A stretch of 64,000 bases of DNA from Octopus bimaculoides (GCF_001194135.2 NC_068990.1:5496963-5560962); one strand, 5' to 3'; counted from the stretch's first letter, positions 1 to 13,250 are shown. Translations and numbers: made by a program. Notes: generated from the letters alone by a model not told the origin.

Positions 1-185
1 GATGTGGCAACAATGGGAGTATCTTCCAGTCGGTGTTAAAATAGTATTTTGATATATCTTCATATAACGTTTCTGTCCGCTTCCTGGTGCACATTCTTTT
101 CCTTACATCTGCAAGTACAGATACCGTATCATATATAGTTCACAACTTTCCAGTGCGCGTAGCTTCTCTGATGTTTTCTGATAAC

Positions 186-330
186 ATACATTACTTATAT
201 ATAGTTGAAATTTACAGAAAAACAAAAGACAAAGACAGGTGTATGAACAACAAGCAAGTGTATTAGACTGACACTCTTACATTTCGAGCCTACGCTCTTC
301 AACAGAAAGGAATAAGAGAAAATAAACAGT
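186..330 (-). mobile_element. Penelope-like element terminal (pLTR) fragment with a minimal hammerhead-like motif
   Basis: Minus strand 309-274 reads CTTT-CTGTTGA-A-GAGC-GTAG-GCTC-GAAAT-GTA-AGAG, the CTGNNGA..stem..GAAA layout typical of PLE termini. Confidence 0.5.
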
Positions 331-733
331 GAAAATAAAAAAAAAAAACATGTGTGTGTGTGTGTGTGTGTGTGTAAAGTGTCTTGCTCAAGAACACAGC
401 ACAGAGCTCGGTCCGGGAATGGAACTCACTACCTCATGATTGTGAGCTCGACGCTCCAACCATTCAGACATACGTCTTCACACACGCACACACACACAAC
501 ATATATATATATGTGTGTGTGTACATACTGTATATATATATATATGAGAGGCATTGATATCCAAAACACCCAAGGTGACAGGTAACGGTATGTAAGTGCT
601 TTGAATGGACTGTTGTTAAACTCTCGGTTCGATAATGATACGAGTGAGGAGGCTAATGCGGGTCTTGTATGAGCATGTCTCGTTTTATTTAACACACACA
701 CACACACACACACATATATACATACACATAAAA

Positions 734-958
734 GGTGTTCAAAAAGTCTCTCCGCTGTGAACATTTTCTCGAAGATGTATTTCAAAACATTTGTAGAAAT
801 GTCAACTTATGTATTGAAAATGAAAGACGACACTTTCAACTCCTCGTATAAAGTTTATTTAAAGTATTGTAAAAATATATTTTCTTGTAGCCCTATACCA
901 TCTTATAAATATTTATTTTGTAATAAAATACTCACTGCGGAGAGACTTTTTCAACACC
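734..958. mobile_element. MITE-like element with 27-bp terminal inverted repeats
   Basis: ggtgttcaaaaagtctctccgctgtga (734-760) is the reverse complement of tcactgcggagagactttttcaacacc (932-958) with 2 mismatches. Confidence 0.55.
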
Positions 959-1682
959 ATGTATATAATGTTCGCATAGTCAAACTCTTTCAGTTACATA
1001 GCCATACTCTTTCAATCGTACAGATGTCTTTGTCTTTGAAGCTAAATACCTATGTGTATATGTGTGTGTGTGAGTGTGTATGTGTGTGCGTGTGTATACA
1101 CACCTATGTAACTTTTCCCCACTAGTTATGGCTGTCTTCTGCTGTTTCTCTATACTCAATCGAAAGGAATAAGTAAAAGAAACAAAAGCATATAAATAAA
1201 AAATGCAGTGTGTTGTTCTGCTTTCGATTTCTGTTTTACTAACACGAATATTGATGGGCAGACTTCCCACTAATTAAATAGAATTCTAATAATTATATTA
1301 TCTATGCATCGATATACCTATCAAACTAGTTCATCTCTTAATCCAGGAATCTGACTATGATTGTCAGATTGATAAAAATGTACTCTTCTTGAAACATAAG
1401 ACACTACTTTGTCTACTTTCACAATAATTTCTTTGTTTTGTGGCTGTTGTTCTGAATCTTGTTAACTCAGCCTGTTATCGAAAAGCCGCGATAATAAGTA
1501 ATCTCCCTGTCTTTATGTCTGTCTGTCTCTCACGTTCTCTCTTTTCTCTCTACCACTGTTTCACTCTTTCCCTTGAGGGCCGAGAAGAAATTTGGAATGA
1601 AGCCTAAGCTTTGAATAAATATAATAAAGTCTGTTACATGTAAGGAGTAATTCTCTTCTATTGTTTGTTCAAACGTGCTCCT

Positions 1683-1752
<70 letters not shown>

Positions 1753-2449
1753 NNNNNNNNNNNNNNNNNNNNNNNNNNNNNNNNNNNNNNNNNNNNNNNN
1801 NNNNNNNNNNNNNNNNNNNNNNNNNNNNNNNNNNNNNNNNNNNNNNNNNNNNNNNNNNNNNNNNNNNNNNNNNNNNNNNNNNNNNNNNNNNNNNNNNNNN
1901 NNNNNNNNNNNNNNNNNNNNNNNNNNNNNNNNNNNNNNNNNNNNNNNNNNNNNNNNNNNNNNNNNNNNNNNNNNNNNNNNNNNNNNNNNNNNNNNNNNNN
2001 NNNNNNNNNNNNNNNNNNNNNNNNNNNNNNNNNNNNNNNNNNNNNNNNNNNNNNNNNNNNNNNNNNNNNNNNNNNNNNNNNNNNNNNNNNNNNNNNNNNN
2101 NNNNNNNNNNNNNNNNNNNNNNNNNNNNNNNNNNNNNNNNNNNNNNNNNNNNNNNNNNNNNNNNNNNNNNNNNNNNNNNNNNNNNNNNNNNNNNNNNNNN
2201 NNNNNNNNNNNNNNNNNNNNNNNNNNNNNNNNNNNNNNNNNNNNNNNNNNNNNNNNNNNNNNNNNNNNNNNNNNNNNNNNNNNNNNNNNNNNNNNNNNNN
2301 NNNNNNNNNNNNNNNNNNNNNNNNNNNNNNNNNNNNNNNNNNNNNNNNNNNNNNNNNNNNNNNNNNNNNNNNNNNNNNNNNNNNNNNNNNNNNNNNNNNN
2401 NNNNNNNNNNNNNNNNNNNNNNNNNNNNNNNNNNNNNNNNNNNNNNNNN

Positions 2450-2488
<39 letters not shown>

Positions 2489-3734
2489 TTACACACACAT
2501 ATATACATACACGTGCAATATGCATTTCGTTCATTTTTTTAATATATGTTTATAATTATTTATGGGAATTCATAGATGTTTTACGCTAAACTTTGTCTAT
2601 GGTGTTGTAAGTTCATAAGTTCATATACAAATGTTTTTTCTGTGAATTATATGATGTCAAAAGTATGTGCTATCCATGTAAATCTGTGCAGTGAGGGAAT
2701 CAGGCATAAGTTCATAGGAGTATATGTCTTTTAGCTGTAGATTGATAGATTCTACAAACAGCGAAATAGGCATTATCAGCGAACCTATTGCAATTAACAT
2801 TTTATGCACATCAGAGCCTCCTCAAACCTTACTCGACGGATGTGTAGCAGTGCAACCATTGATTAGTTCAAGAAATTTGAAGATCAGCCCAAAAGGATTT
2901 TGCCCGGCGGGTAAACGATTCTGCCACTTCACCGTTTTGGCCTGCCGAATAATGAGTTAAATCTTATGCGACCCGCTTCTAGAAAAAGGTTGCCGATTCT
3001 TACTTTCATTATCTCAGATCAGCAGCTATATAGAATCGTTTTGATAAATATTGTCTCACCTTTAGAAATCTAGAAAAAAAAAACAGCAAAAAACAAATGC
3101 AGATACGAAGAAGTGAAAAAGAGACTATTATGCATGACGTTCTGAGAGAGGGAGTAAAGTAATTTGATTCCATGACCAGTCTTTCTTTATTTAGCCTTTA
3201 GTAGCTGAAACTTTAACAACATTACGCTTCTATCTGAAACTTGATGATGAAATTGCTTGGATATTTTCTCTGTTTAAATCACATGTCGGAACAAAGAAAC
3301 GTCAAGATAATCATTTTAATGAGTTATAATATCTTGAAACATATTCATCAGTGACTACTTAATGTTTCTTCACTTGGCTTAATTTTTGGCAAATATCCAT
3401 TTTCTTCTGTATCCATGTTTTAGCGTGGTTCATACAGTACCACATCATTCATTGTTCATCAGAACAATTTAATTGTTTTCCATAATTGTTATTGAGCTAT
3501 TGAAATTCATTGAAATGTCCAGTTTAGTACTCTACTGTCGAAAGTAAAACTTAAATTAACTTCAGACTCATATACGCGATCTCACACACGCAGATATGAA
3601 TGCATATACGAATACACAGACATATCTATATACTTAAACACGCACAAGTTTATACAGTTTACATACAGACATTGATACACAAACATACATACACATTGAT
3701 TAAAACTTAAATATTTTCGTATAACTACAAATAG

Positions 3735-4150
3735 TGAAGGCATGTTGTCTTGTGGTCAGAACGATCAGTTAGTGTTCAATTCCTAGAGAGGACGGCATGT
3801 TTTGTTCTTGAGTATACACGTCAGGCCCGAATTATCTCATTTCAAATATGCTTTCGTAATGATTTTCCTATCATAGATCCTACCATAGTCCATCCCATTT
3901 TGCATGATAACCAATCGATGTCCTTCTCTCTTCGTTATAGCCGAAGTGTCACTTGCTATAGAGCGCTGGTAGGACAGTACTATTGAAGTATTTAGAACGT
4001 ATGGTCTTGTCTAGCTTTGATTTGAGTACATCGTTTCTTAAGGTAAAATGCCTTTAATTCAGTTCTTCGAGGTTATAGCATGCATGACTCCGCGCATATT
4101 CAGTGCGTGCTCTGAATAGATGTACTCCTTTATCTCCTCGATTTCGTCAC
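3735..4150 (-). mobile_element. RTE-clade LINE fragment (post-RT region), degenerate
   Basis: Broken minus frames give IEEIKEYIY..ALNM, DVLKSKLDKTIRSKYFNSTVLPAL, ASDTSAITKREGHRLVIMQ and KSLRKHI*NEIIRA, matching the RTE YIYLG...FNSTVLPALLYASETW...IRNE region. Confidence 0.7.
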
Positions 4151-4169
4151 TTATCCCCACCACCATTCG

Positions 4170-6010
4170 GCCTTATGGAGATACTATATAAATCGAAAGG
4201 TGGAAAGGATGTGTGTTATACTTATTGCAGCATGTGTCTGTTAGCTGTTGCTGGAAAGGTCTATTGTTGAGTAGTACTGGACAGGTTGCTTCTGAACATT
4301 GCTGATGGGGTTCTACCAGAATCGTAATGTGGGTTTAGGGATAGTAAGAATACGATGGATATATTTTTATCTAGACAGTTGCACTGGTAGTGCATCGAAC
4401 AGGATATGGACTTATACCAGGTCTTCATTGATCTAACGAAAGCGTTTGATTCTGTTGCGCTTTGGGAGATCCTGAAAAAGCTAGGATGCCCTGAAAATTT
4501 GCGAGAATGGTTAGATAATTTTATGGCAAGATAGATGTGAGGGTTAATGTTGGATGCACCTTATCAGATCCAATTTCTGTAGAAAATGGTGTAAATCAAG
4601 GTGATATTCTTGCACCTACATTGTTTGCTATGTATTTTGCAATAGTCTTTCAAATAGCCTTTGAAGATTGCACTGAAGGGGTCTATATCAGATATAGGAC
4701 AACGAGGAAACTGTTCAATCTCAAAGGACTCTATGCTAAAAGGAAAGTTCTGCATTCTCACCTCATTGAGTTCCTGTATGCATATGATTGTGACCTGTTG
4801 GCACATTCCGAGAAAGATGTGCAGCACTTGTTGAATGCAATTTGTGCAGCATGTGCAGCATTGGGTCTAACGTACAATCTGAAAAAAAACTGTTATAATG
4901 TACCAGCCTGCTCCCTCCAAGATGTATGTGGAACCTTTTATAACTGTTAATGGTCAAAGGTTGGAGACTGTGCCTAGATTTATTTATTTAGGAAGTACCT
5001 TGAGCACTGCTGGTCTTGATGATGAAATTTCATACAGAATCAGCAGGGCTAGTAGTGCTTTTGGTAGGTTTGATAGCTGTCTGTGGACACGATATAATAT
5101 ATCTTCACAGATTAAAATTAAGGTACATAACAGGTGTGTCCTGCCATCTTTGCTATATAGGAGTGAGGCATGGGTTATTTACCGTAGGCATGTAAGGCAA
5201 CTGAAAAGATACCATCAATACGGTCTGAGAAACATTTGTGGGATAAACTGCAAAATGGCCATTGGTAATATGGAAGTGCTTGAGAGGAGTGGCAGTAGAA
5301 GTATAGAGTCAATGATTCTGCAAAGATGTTTGAGGTGGGGTGCGTGGCATCTGGTAGGATGAGTGATGAGAGACTGCCCAAGCAGTTATTGTATGGTGAG
5401 CTGGAAGACGACTGGAGACCAGCGCATAAGTCTAAACCAAGTTTTAAGGAATATCTTTAAAATGCTGTAACACAGACAGGAATTGCAGTTGGTGATTAGG
5501 AGAGGGAGGCAGAAGACCGGGATGAATGGAGGAAGACAGTAGTTGTTTGGGGTTTGAGAGAGTGAGAATGAAGTATGAGAGAATTAAAAGGGGAATTAGA
5601 AGCAGGGAACCTGTGGAGAGTGAATGGGTGTTGCTTTTTTGTGTGTGGTTTGAGGGAGAAGGTGTTTGAGTCGTGCAGTCCTGGTCAGCTATCAAAAATT
5701 TCACAGGAATCGACCCATGATAAACAGTGATGTGGTTATTACAATTCACAACAGGACATGTATAAAACGTGGAAGGGTGTGCCTCTCAGTTGGAGGTCTG
5801 AAAAGACATGTTAAGAGAGTGCATACGGTGGTACCTGTTACTCCTGCCAGCCAGCACAGCTATGCAATATATTATAAAATGTGTAAAATTTTGGCTGGGC
5901 TTAAAAGTCTTATAGGGGCATCGCATAGCATCAATAGAATCATTTCAATAAGCCTTTTTGGTAATGACTTTTCCCGTGTAATGGGGGTGCAGCTATAATG
6001 TATGTATGTA
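4170..6010 (+). mobile_element. RTE-clade (BovB-like) LINE, 5'-truncated: RT domain to 3' end, with frameshifts and stops
   Basis: Motifs ILYKSKG, GFR, FIDLTKAFDSV, GVNQGDILAPTLF, LYAYD (YADD equivalent), FIYLGSTLS, VLPSLLYRSEAW, RMSDERLPKQLLYGEL. C-terminal C2H2-like CLSVGGLKRHVKRVH. Ends in a (TATG)n tail at about 5997-6010. Confidence 0.92.
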
Positions 6011-7996
6011 TATTTGTGGTGGGTAAAAAAGTTCGAGTGAAGAAGTATTAACTTGCTTTCCTGCTATCTGAAGAGCCAACATTCATTATAATTCTGTTAC
6101 TGCACTGTTAATCGCGCGAGAAATGCTAATACTTCTTCGTCGCTGGCTCACTCCAACTAAATTAAATATATATNNNNNNNNNNNNNNNNNNNNNNNNNNN
6201 NNNNNNNNNNNNNNNNNNNNNNNNNNNNNNNNNNNNNNNNNNNNNNNNNNNNNNNNNNNNNNNNNNNNNNNNNNNNNNNNNNNNNNNNNNNNNNNNNNNN
6301 NNNNNNNNNNNNNNNNNNNNNNNNNNNNNNNNNNNNNNNNNNNNNNNNNNNNNNNNNNNNNNNNNNNNNNNNNNNNNNNNNNNNNNNNNNNNNNNNNNNN
6401 NNNNNNNNNNTATATATATATATATATATATATGTATACACAATGGCCATTGAGTATTGTATAGAAGCAGCCGTAGCAATGATTTGAAAAAGATTTTAAA
6501 TGAATCTTTTACGACTCTGCGATGGTGAACTCAGCTGCTCTTAAAATCAATTTTGTAATTTTATCGTAGATAATTTGATCATGCATAGAGGCTTGTGATT
6601 ACCATTTTCATGGACTGTATTCAGTTGAGATGTCATATGATACTGCTGGAATGATAACCATTGATGATCAAATTCATACACAGCAGAAAATTTGGTCGTT
6701 TTTATCACGAAACTACCTGGTTCGTTTGAAACAACATGATAGTATAATTACCACTAATAAATACTGTACAATCTAACTACAATTGCAGGGACATGTAAAC
6801 AAGAGCGATTTTTCGTGGTCACTCAATCTAGATATTTCATTCAAATTTGTTTCAAATTTCACCATGATACAGGAGAGGGCACATTAGATAATGTAGTCCT
6901 AGATATTCATGTTTAAGGGTTATCTAGGAGTTCATTAGAGCGCTAGAAAGGATAACTTATCTGCTGAGAGCGTTTGTGTATATGATCGATATTCTACAAG
7001 TAGTAGCTAAATCTCTTTCAAATCATAAAACTTAGCATTTTAGAAATGAAATGTATGTTGGTGAATGTGATTCTGGATTCACTGCTGATAAAAAAAAATA
7101 GGAGATTGTCACGGTTGGAAAGTGTTTTGAACTCAAGTCTGTTCAGTAAGGGTACACCTGAAGCTAAACATGAACTATAACAAATATCCACACAGGAAAT
7201 GTGTTGCTCTTCCCACTTAAAACTTCAGAAGCTGAGGAGAATGCTATGGGAATTTTGTGATATAAAATAGAGCAATGCTAGAATGTTAGGATGTTTAGAT
7301 TCCGAACTAGTGATCTACTTGAATACTTGAACGAGGCTGTTCGAGCTGCTAGAAATAGCAGTCAAATCTCCTTTAAATTAAATCGTCTGTCATTTCATTC
7401 ATTCATTCACCGGGACATACATCTCGACTGGAGAAGCTCTTCTCTCAACCCCGCTTAGCAGTATTTGTTTAGAGCTGACCTTTACTTCGAAGTGAACGAG
7501 ATTGTTGTTTAGATAAGTAAGTGCAATTTAACTCAGAATACAGACAGCTGGTAGAAATACCACCAAACATCCGGTCCAGCATTTTACAGATCCGCCAGTC
7601 CACCCTGACCCTGGATTGATGCATTTTAATCGTCCCAGAAAGGATAAAATGCAAAGCTGGCAATGACGGCATTTTATCTCAAAGCACAAGGAGTCAGAAC
7701 AAATATCACGAAGCATGTAATTCGATGCTTTCACGACTGTCGTTTTGCAGCCTTTATCATATCCCACCGTCTGAGAATAGGAGACTAGGAAAATATAACC
7801 ACAGTTACACAACTCCTGACAAAAAGAAAAAGCAGGGTTGACTGATACTGTAAAGTCTTTTGTCATAGCTATGTTCAGTTAAATTTGTGGCTAAATGATG
7901 ACTGGTACAATTTATATTTCACAGTTCATATATTGGTATAACCTACAATAAAAATTGTACGAGTAGGAGCGTTCACTTGGTTGGTTGATGTTTGAA

Positions 7997-8960
7997 ATAG
8001 ATTTATTTATTAAGACACTCAGGGCTGAACACAGAGAGGACAATACAATGTAGAATTTTTCTTTTCAAAACCGATCAATAGGGATCGAAAATGTTTTGGG
8101 ACGTGTACACAATGGATAACAGTATCGTTTTAACAAATGAAATTCCCAAAAGGCAGAGAAAATAAAACACTGACTATGGTTATCCGTGGAAAGAAAAACC
8201 TACGAAAAAAGAACCACGATAACAAAAATTCCTTTTCAAGTAATACTTGAAAAAGTTGATGAGAAGTTGGCCAGAGGGGAAGGTATTTGTCTCTAAGTCT
8301 TTCAGGTGTGTCCACCATATACATTCTTTCACCATAGCCAAGATGAAAACTGCCTTGCCTTCCCGGTTAAAGGAAGGTGGCGGGACAATATTTATAATAG
8401 ACTTGGCTGACAACCGGACTCAACCCACACGTGACAGCAGCCGTTCGACATAGGCCCACAGGTCTGAAATATTTGGACATTGCATGAGTGCGTGAAGAAC
8501 GGTTTTGTCGTTTTCGGCAAGTCGGTTCGGTGTTTCTTGATCTGTGTCTGTAGAACTTATCTCGAACGGGAAATGCTCCCCAATAGCATTGGCCAGGAAT
8601 CTCTAGAAATTGTCCATAGGTCCTGGCCCGAAAGTGGTCCTGGAATGGTGAGTTAGGTATTCCCTGTCGACGCCTAGAGTCTCCCCAAGAACGTGTCACC
8701 TCCCCTCCACTAATCTTCTATAGAACGCCTTGGTGGAATTGAAATCACAAAAGTTTGAACCCGGGTGGCAGAGCTGCTCGAGAGCATGGCGACACTCGCG
8801 GTACCATTCACCCAGCCTCGGTCTCTGCTTCATTCATGATTGCAGTTCAGTCAATGAGACAAGCTGTGGAAAAACGCGTCTTACAAACGGTGTCCACACC
8901 TGTTCACCATCGTCTATGAAATGCCGGAGATGTCGCATCTATTTAGCCCTCTATTTAGCG
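7997..8960 (-). mobile_element. L1-clade (Tx1-like) LINE 3' fragment with zf-RVT-type region and 3' UTR
   Basis: Minus frames: RHLRHFIDDGEQVWTPFVRR, PRLGEWYRECRHALEQL, QCYWGAFPVRDKFYRH with a degenerate C..C..ET..H..C, and AMVKECIWW..LINFFKYYLKR. The 3' UTR matches 25050-25233 and ends at AATAAA. Confidence 0.75.
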
Positions 8961-10290
8961 GTTGTTGACAGCAAATTGAAAGGGGTAGCAATGAAACCGA
9001 AGACGTCGTTTTTGAAAAAATTCTGAAGATTTCAATTGAGACAGCAGAAGACTATCTAATAATTTTACCGTTATTCCTGATAGGCCAACAAACCTAACGA
9101 CGGAATGAGATAAAAGAGCCGAGAATGTTTCTATAAGTAGTGTGCTGAATGATGTGTAATTGGTATTGTCAACTGAGTTCCTATTCATCCACTGTGTAGA
9201 AGCTCCAGGTTTCTGAATATACTAGCGTAACTCCTGCGAAAATTTGACTCACAGGTTTCTTATTTGAGTGTTTAGCAGAGCAAAAGAAAGAGTGATCTAT
9301 CTACAAAATATTTACATTAGAAATATGCAATAAGACTGAAGCAAGGAAAGACGTACGTTAACAAGTTTTTTTTTTTAAATAATACTAAACATATTTTAAG
9401 CAAATTTTCACAGGGGAATGTTCGATAGAAGACAAATTGTGGTTTCGATCACGCAAAATTGATTAGAAAAAAAATTCAAGTCTATAGAGGAAAAAAAAAT
9501 CGAAAATAAAATATATCTTCCACAAAATGACAAATTAACAGTCCACCATTCAAGAATTAATGTTCAGTTATTTTTTCTGCTAATAACATTATGCGTCACC
9601 AAAATAAATATATTAATAAACAAACTTATAGATAAATAACTAAATAATAATTGAACACTATATAATATTACTGTAAATGGATGATAAAATCCTCGTACAA
9701 TTCAAATATTTAAGTACATTTTTTCCTTTTCTTTGCCTTCTATTTGGTGATTTATTGTCGCTTTGTTGAACTACAAAAGAAATTATATGTTATAGACGTT
9801 TCACCGTTAATGGAAAGCAACTTTTAATCAGCATAGTAATACTGGAAAAGAAAAAAGAACAAAAGAATCCGCAAAATTCATCATTTATTCATTATACTTT
9901 TATTCAATAATATACACGTATATAGAAAGTATGAAACACGTTTTTAACACACACTATATCTCAAGCTATATACTGCAAGTGATAATTTTAATTAATTTTT
10001 CCAAATTCTGGAACAATGCTGTTTCGCAGAACCTAACCTAAGTCACCATATAAAAATACAATGGATTTAGAACTGATGCTGATTGGAACAATGGCTTCTA
10101 TAATTCTGATATCTTCCTTTGTTTTTCTATTTATATATTTTACACTGTGGCATGGTTTTTATTCATTAACAAATTTCAATAATAGCCCAAAGTGAAATCG
10201 ATATCCCGTAACAGTATGATGATTCATATTCTACAAACCAACTTTTATATGAGAACAATTTATTTTAATACTATTTGAAAGCAAAGCAAT

Positions 10291-10358
10291 TCATGGTATC
10301 TGCTCATAGTCTTTGCACATCTTTGTCTCAGGTACTGAACACGCATTGATAGAAGTCA
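10291..10358 (-). CDS. Candidate terminal coding exon (model B): (V)TSINACSVPETKMCKDYEQIP*
   Basis: Acceptor tctacgtctattttag, phase-1 open frame to TGA at 10293-10291, AATAAA about 130 nt downstream (10163-10158). Found by eye. Confidence 0.25.
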
Positions 10359-11289
10359 CTAAAATAGACGTAGATATCTTACTAATTTGTTACAACATTG
10401 TACGATTGAAAATTATCTTTCTTAATTTCAGTGATTTCAAGTTCTCTTATCAATCAAAGAGCAATAACTTCAATGTATTCCATATTTGAATCTTTACATG
10501 AAGAGTGAGTCGTTATTATTGCACTAAAGTCGATAGGGTTACGGTTCCAGCTACATATCCCACATACTTTCTAGATAAAAAAAATTCTGAATTATGCAAG
10601 ATCATATGAATTATAGAAATGGCAGAGAAAACCTATAGAACACACACGCACACAAATAATGGCAACCACTGCAACATAAACAACAATGGAAATTACCCTA
10701 AAAAAGCAATAGCAATAGAAATAACAATATCTGAACATGTGACTAACTCCTTTCCAATTTGCTTATTGTATATATATATATATATNNNNNNNNNNNNNNN
10801 NNNNNNNNNNNNNNNNNNNNNNNNNNNNNNNNNNNNNNNNNNNNNNNNNNNNNNNNNNNNNNNNNNNNNNNNNNNNNNNNNNNNNNNNNNNNNNNNNNNN
10901 NNNNNNNNNNNNNNNNNNNNNNNNNNNNNNNNNNNNNNNNNNNNNNNNNNNNNNNNNNNNNNNNNNNNNNNNNNNNNNNNNNNNNNNNNNNNNNNNNNNN
11001 NNNNNNNNNNNNNNNNNNNNNNNNNNNNNNNNNNNNNNNNNNNNNNNNNNNNNNNNNNNNNNNNNNNNNNNNNNNNNNNNNNNNNNNNNNNNNNNNNNNN
11101 NNNNNNNNNNNNNNNNNNNNNNNNNNNNNNNNNNNNNNNNNNNNNNNNNNNNNNNNNNNNNNNNNNNNNNNNNNNNNNNNNNNNNNNNNNNNNNNNNNNN
11201 NNNNNNNNNNNNNNNNNNNNNNNNNNNNNNNNNNNNNNNNNNNNNNNNNNNNNNNNNNNNNNNNNNNNNNNNNNNNNNNNNNNNNNNNN

Positions 11290-11329
<40 letters not shown>

Positions 11330-11332
<3 letters not shown>

Positions 11333-11442
11333 TACAACAAATTTCCTTCAGTTTCCATCGACCAAATCAATTCAGAAGACTTTGGTCCGCCTGGGGCTAT
11401 GATGGAAGACACTTGCCCAGGGTGCCATACAGTGGAATTGAA
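11330..11442 (-). mobile_element. tRNA-derived SINE family A, partial
   Basis: ggggctatgatggaagacacttgcccagggtgccatacagtgg matches the copy at 45588-46004. Confidence 0.75.
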
Positions 11443-11469
11443 TGTGATTGTGAAGCGAACTTCTTAACG

Positions 11470-11885
11470 TACAGATATCCTCTATGTCACGGAATGCGTG
11501 GCAACAAGCTCACAAAAGCAATTTTCTACGCTGAACTGCATCAGGCCAGGCGAAACCGTGGTGACCTGAGATTGAAATACTGGGGGGTGCCGAAGAAAAG
11601 TATAAAAAACTCCAGCATCTCCCCAGACACCTTGTAGGAGAAGCCCTTACCGCGTGATGAATGGCACTAATCATCGAAGCTCGTAATTCCAAGAGAAACA
11701 ACAGGGAGAATACGAAATAGCACACGAGAGGCGTCACTGCTCCATTGTATCATGTACTTGCACCTGCAGCAGGTGTCATCGTTGCTGCAGATCAAGAGCA
11801 GGCCTTGAAGCCTACATGGGAGCCCGCTAGAGATGATTACTGAACAAAACAGTCAACGTCAACCTACGACGGACAGTTGACGACA
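11470..11885 (+). mobile_element. RTE-clade LINE 3' end fragment
   Basis: GMRGNKLTKAIFYAEL..RNRG, a degenerate zinc finger CSRCHRCCRSRAGLEAYM, and a terminal CGTC..CGACGGA stem-loop. Confidence 0.75.
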
Positions 11886-12334
11886 AATATGAAGGTACTG
11901 ACTTTGCTGCTATATATCTCAAGGAATAATAATTCTTGGAGGTATAGAGCAGCAAATTATTATTATATAATTATCAACTGGTCATTCTAATACCTTACGA
12001 TCTAAGTTCTTGGCCAGTATTTATACCACGGCCAGCTTAGTCTTCGGATGCCCGTTCCAGAGTTGACTCGGTTGCAAGTATTGGGGCCAGGCTTCTAATT
12101 CGAGAATAAATTATTCCTTTCTGCCAAACGGTCTTAGAGTCTCTCAAAGTGTCATAGTGGACACTTCACTTCTCCGATTGAACAGTAAGCATTTTAAAAT
12201 ATCAGGCGAGTGTGATTTAGGAGATATTTTTCTGTTGATTCTAGTAGGTGCAGCAGCAATGTAGAATGAAGTCGGGAATATGTATGCTTACTTATCTATC
12301 TACCGAAGGCGACGACCTGGAAGGATCATGAAAA

Positions 12335-12525
12335 CGTTGGCCAAAATGCTTAGTGACATTTCGTCTGGCTCTTTACGTTCTGAGTCCAACTCTAGCTAAG
12401 GTCAAGTTTGCTTTTCCTACTTTAAGTTTCGGTGAAATAAAGTACCAGTTAAGTATTGTAGTTGATGCAATCGATTTGTCACCTCTACACAAAACTGCTA
12501 AACTTGGGCCAAAATTTGAAAGAAT
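12335..12525 (+). mobile_element. SINE family B, degenerate
   Basis: aaaatgcttagtgacatttcgtc...aagtaccagtt...gggccaaaatttgaa aligns with 36534-36748. Confidence 0.75.
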
Positions 12526-12902
12526 TATCATTCTAGCTTACATGTTATTCAGTTTTTCTTATTTCTCAGCGCTGTCTTGAGACACATCATAAGCTCAACC
12601 ACCTAACGGATTAGTATTATATAAACACTAGTAGCTTCTACATCCTAGGATCTAAATATATTTTAATGTTTTCTTCATTTTCTTCAATATCTTAATTGCT
12701 CTAATGATTACATTAATTCCTGACTATTTTCTCCTCAGACGTGTAACTTTTCGTTTGAAAGAACAGAGAATTCATAGATCTATATGCATGCACATTTTTT
12801 AATATAAATATTAAAAGAAAAGGCGTATTGCACAAAAAAAAAAAATGAAATGTAATTTCAAGTCAGGAATAGCTACTAAAAGAATTATTCACGTAGAATC
12901 AC

Positions 12903-12995
12903 CTGACACTGGTATTGTACATCCTTTGTCTGGTTTTTGAAATAATTCCTTTTCTGTTTTAGTCTTGAAAAGATTGCCATTCATAGGAGTAACTG
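12903..12995 (-). CDS. Candidate symmetric phase 1-1 exon (model B): (S)VTPMNGNLFKTKTEKELFQKPDKGCTIPVS
   Basis: Branch-like CTAAC, pyrimidine tract and CAG acceptor; 93 nt open; TCAG|GTGATT donor. Confidence 0.28.
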
Positions 12996-13250
12996 CTGGC
13001 TTAAATGAAAGAGTTAGAAAGCAGTATCATGTCTACTGCAGCTATTCTGTCTGCTTCAGCCAACAAATAATGCAGAGATCGATATCATGTAACTAACTAA
13101 AAGGTTGATGAAATAGCTGACTTTTAAGTGAATTCACACAATGAACGAAAACTACTCAAAGAATCCTATTTTCAGTACATGTCATTAGTAGAAACAAATT
13201 TGGACGAAAATGATAATTGCTTCTGTTTCACCTTATCAAAGACAACACTG

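Noticed and set aside
2724-2960. 78-aa ORF MSFSCRLIDS...
   Set aside because: The 3' part overlaps SINE-like sequence (ttttgcccggcgggtaaacgattctgcc); no splice or domain support.
6039-6138. 14-bp inverted repeat gaagaagtattaac/gctaatacttcttc
   Set aside because: Too short in AT-rich DNA; no TSD.
10431-10503. Plus-strand exon-like segment (TTTCAG...A|GTGAGT)
   Set aside because: No partner exons or recognisable peptide; such sites are frequent here.
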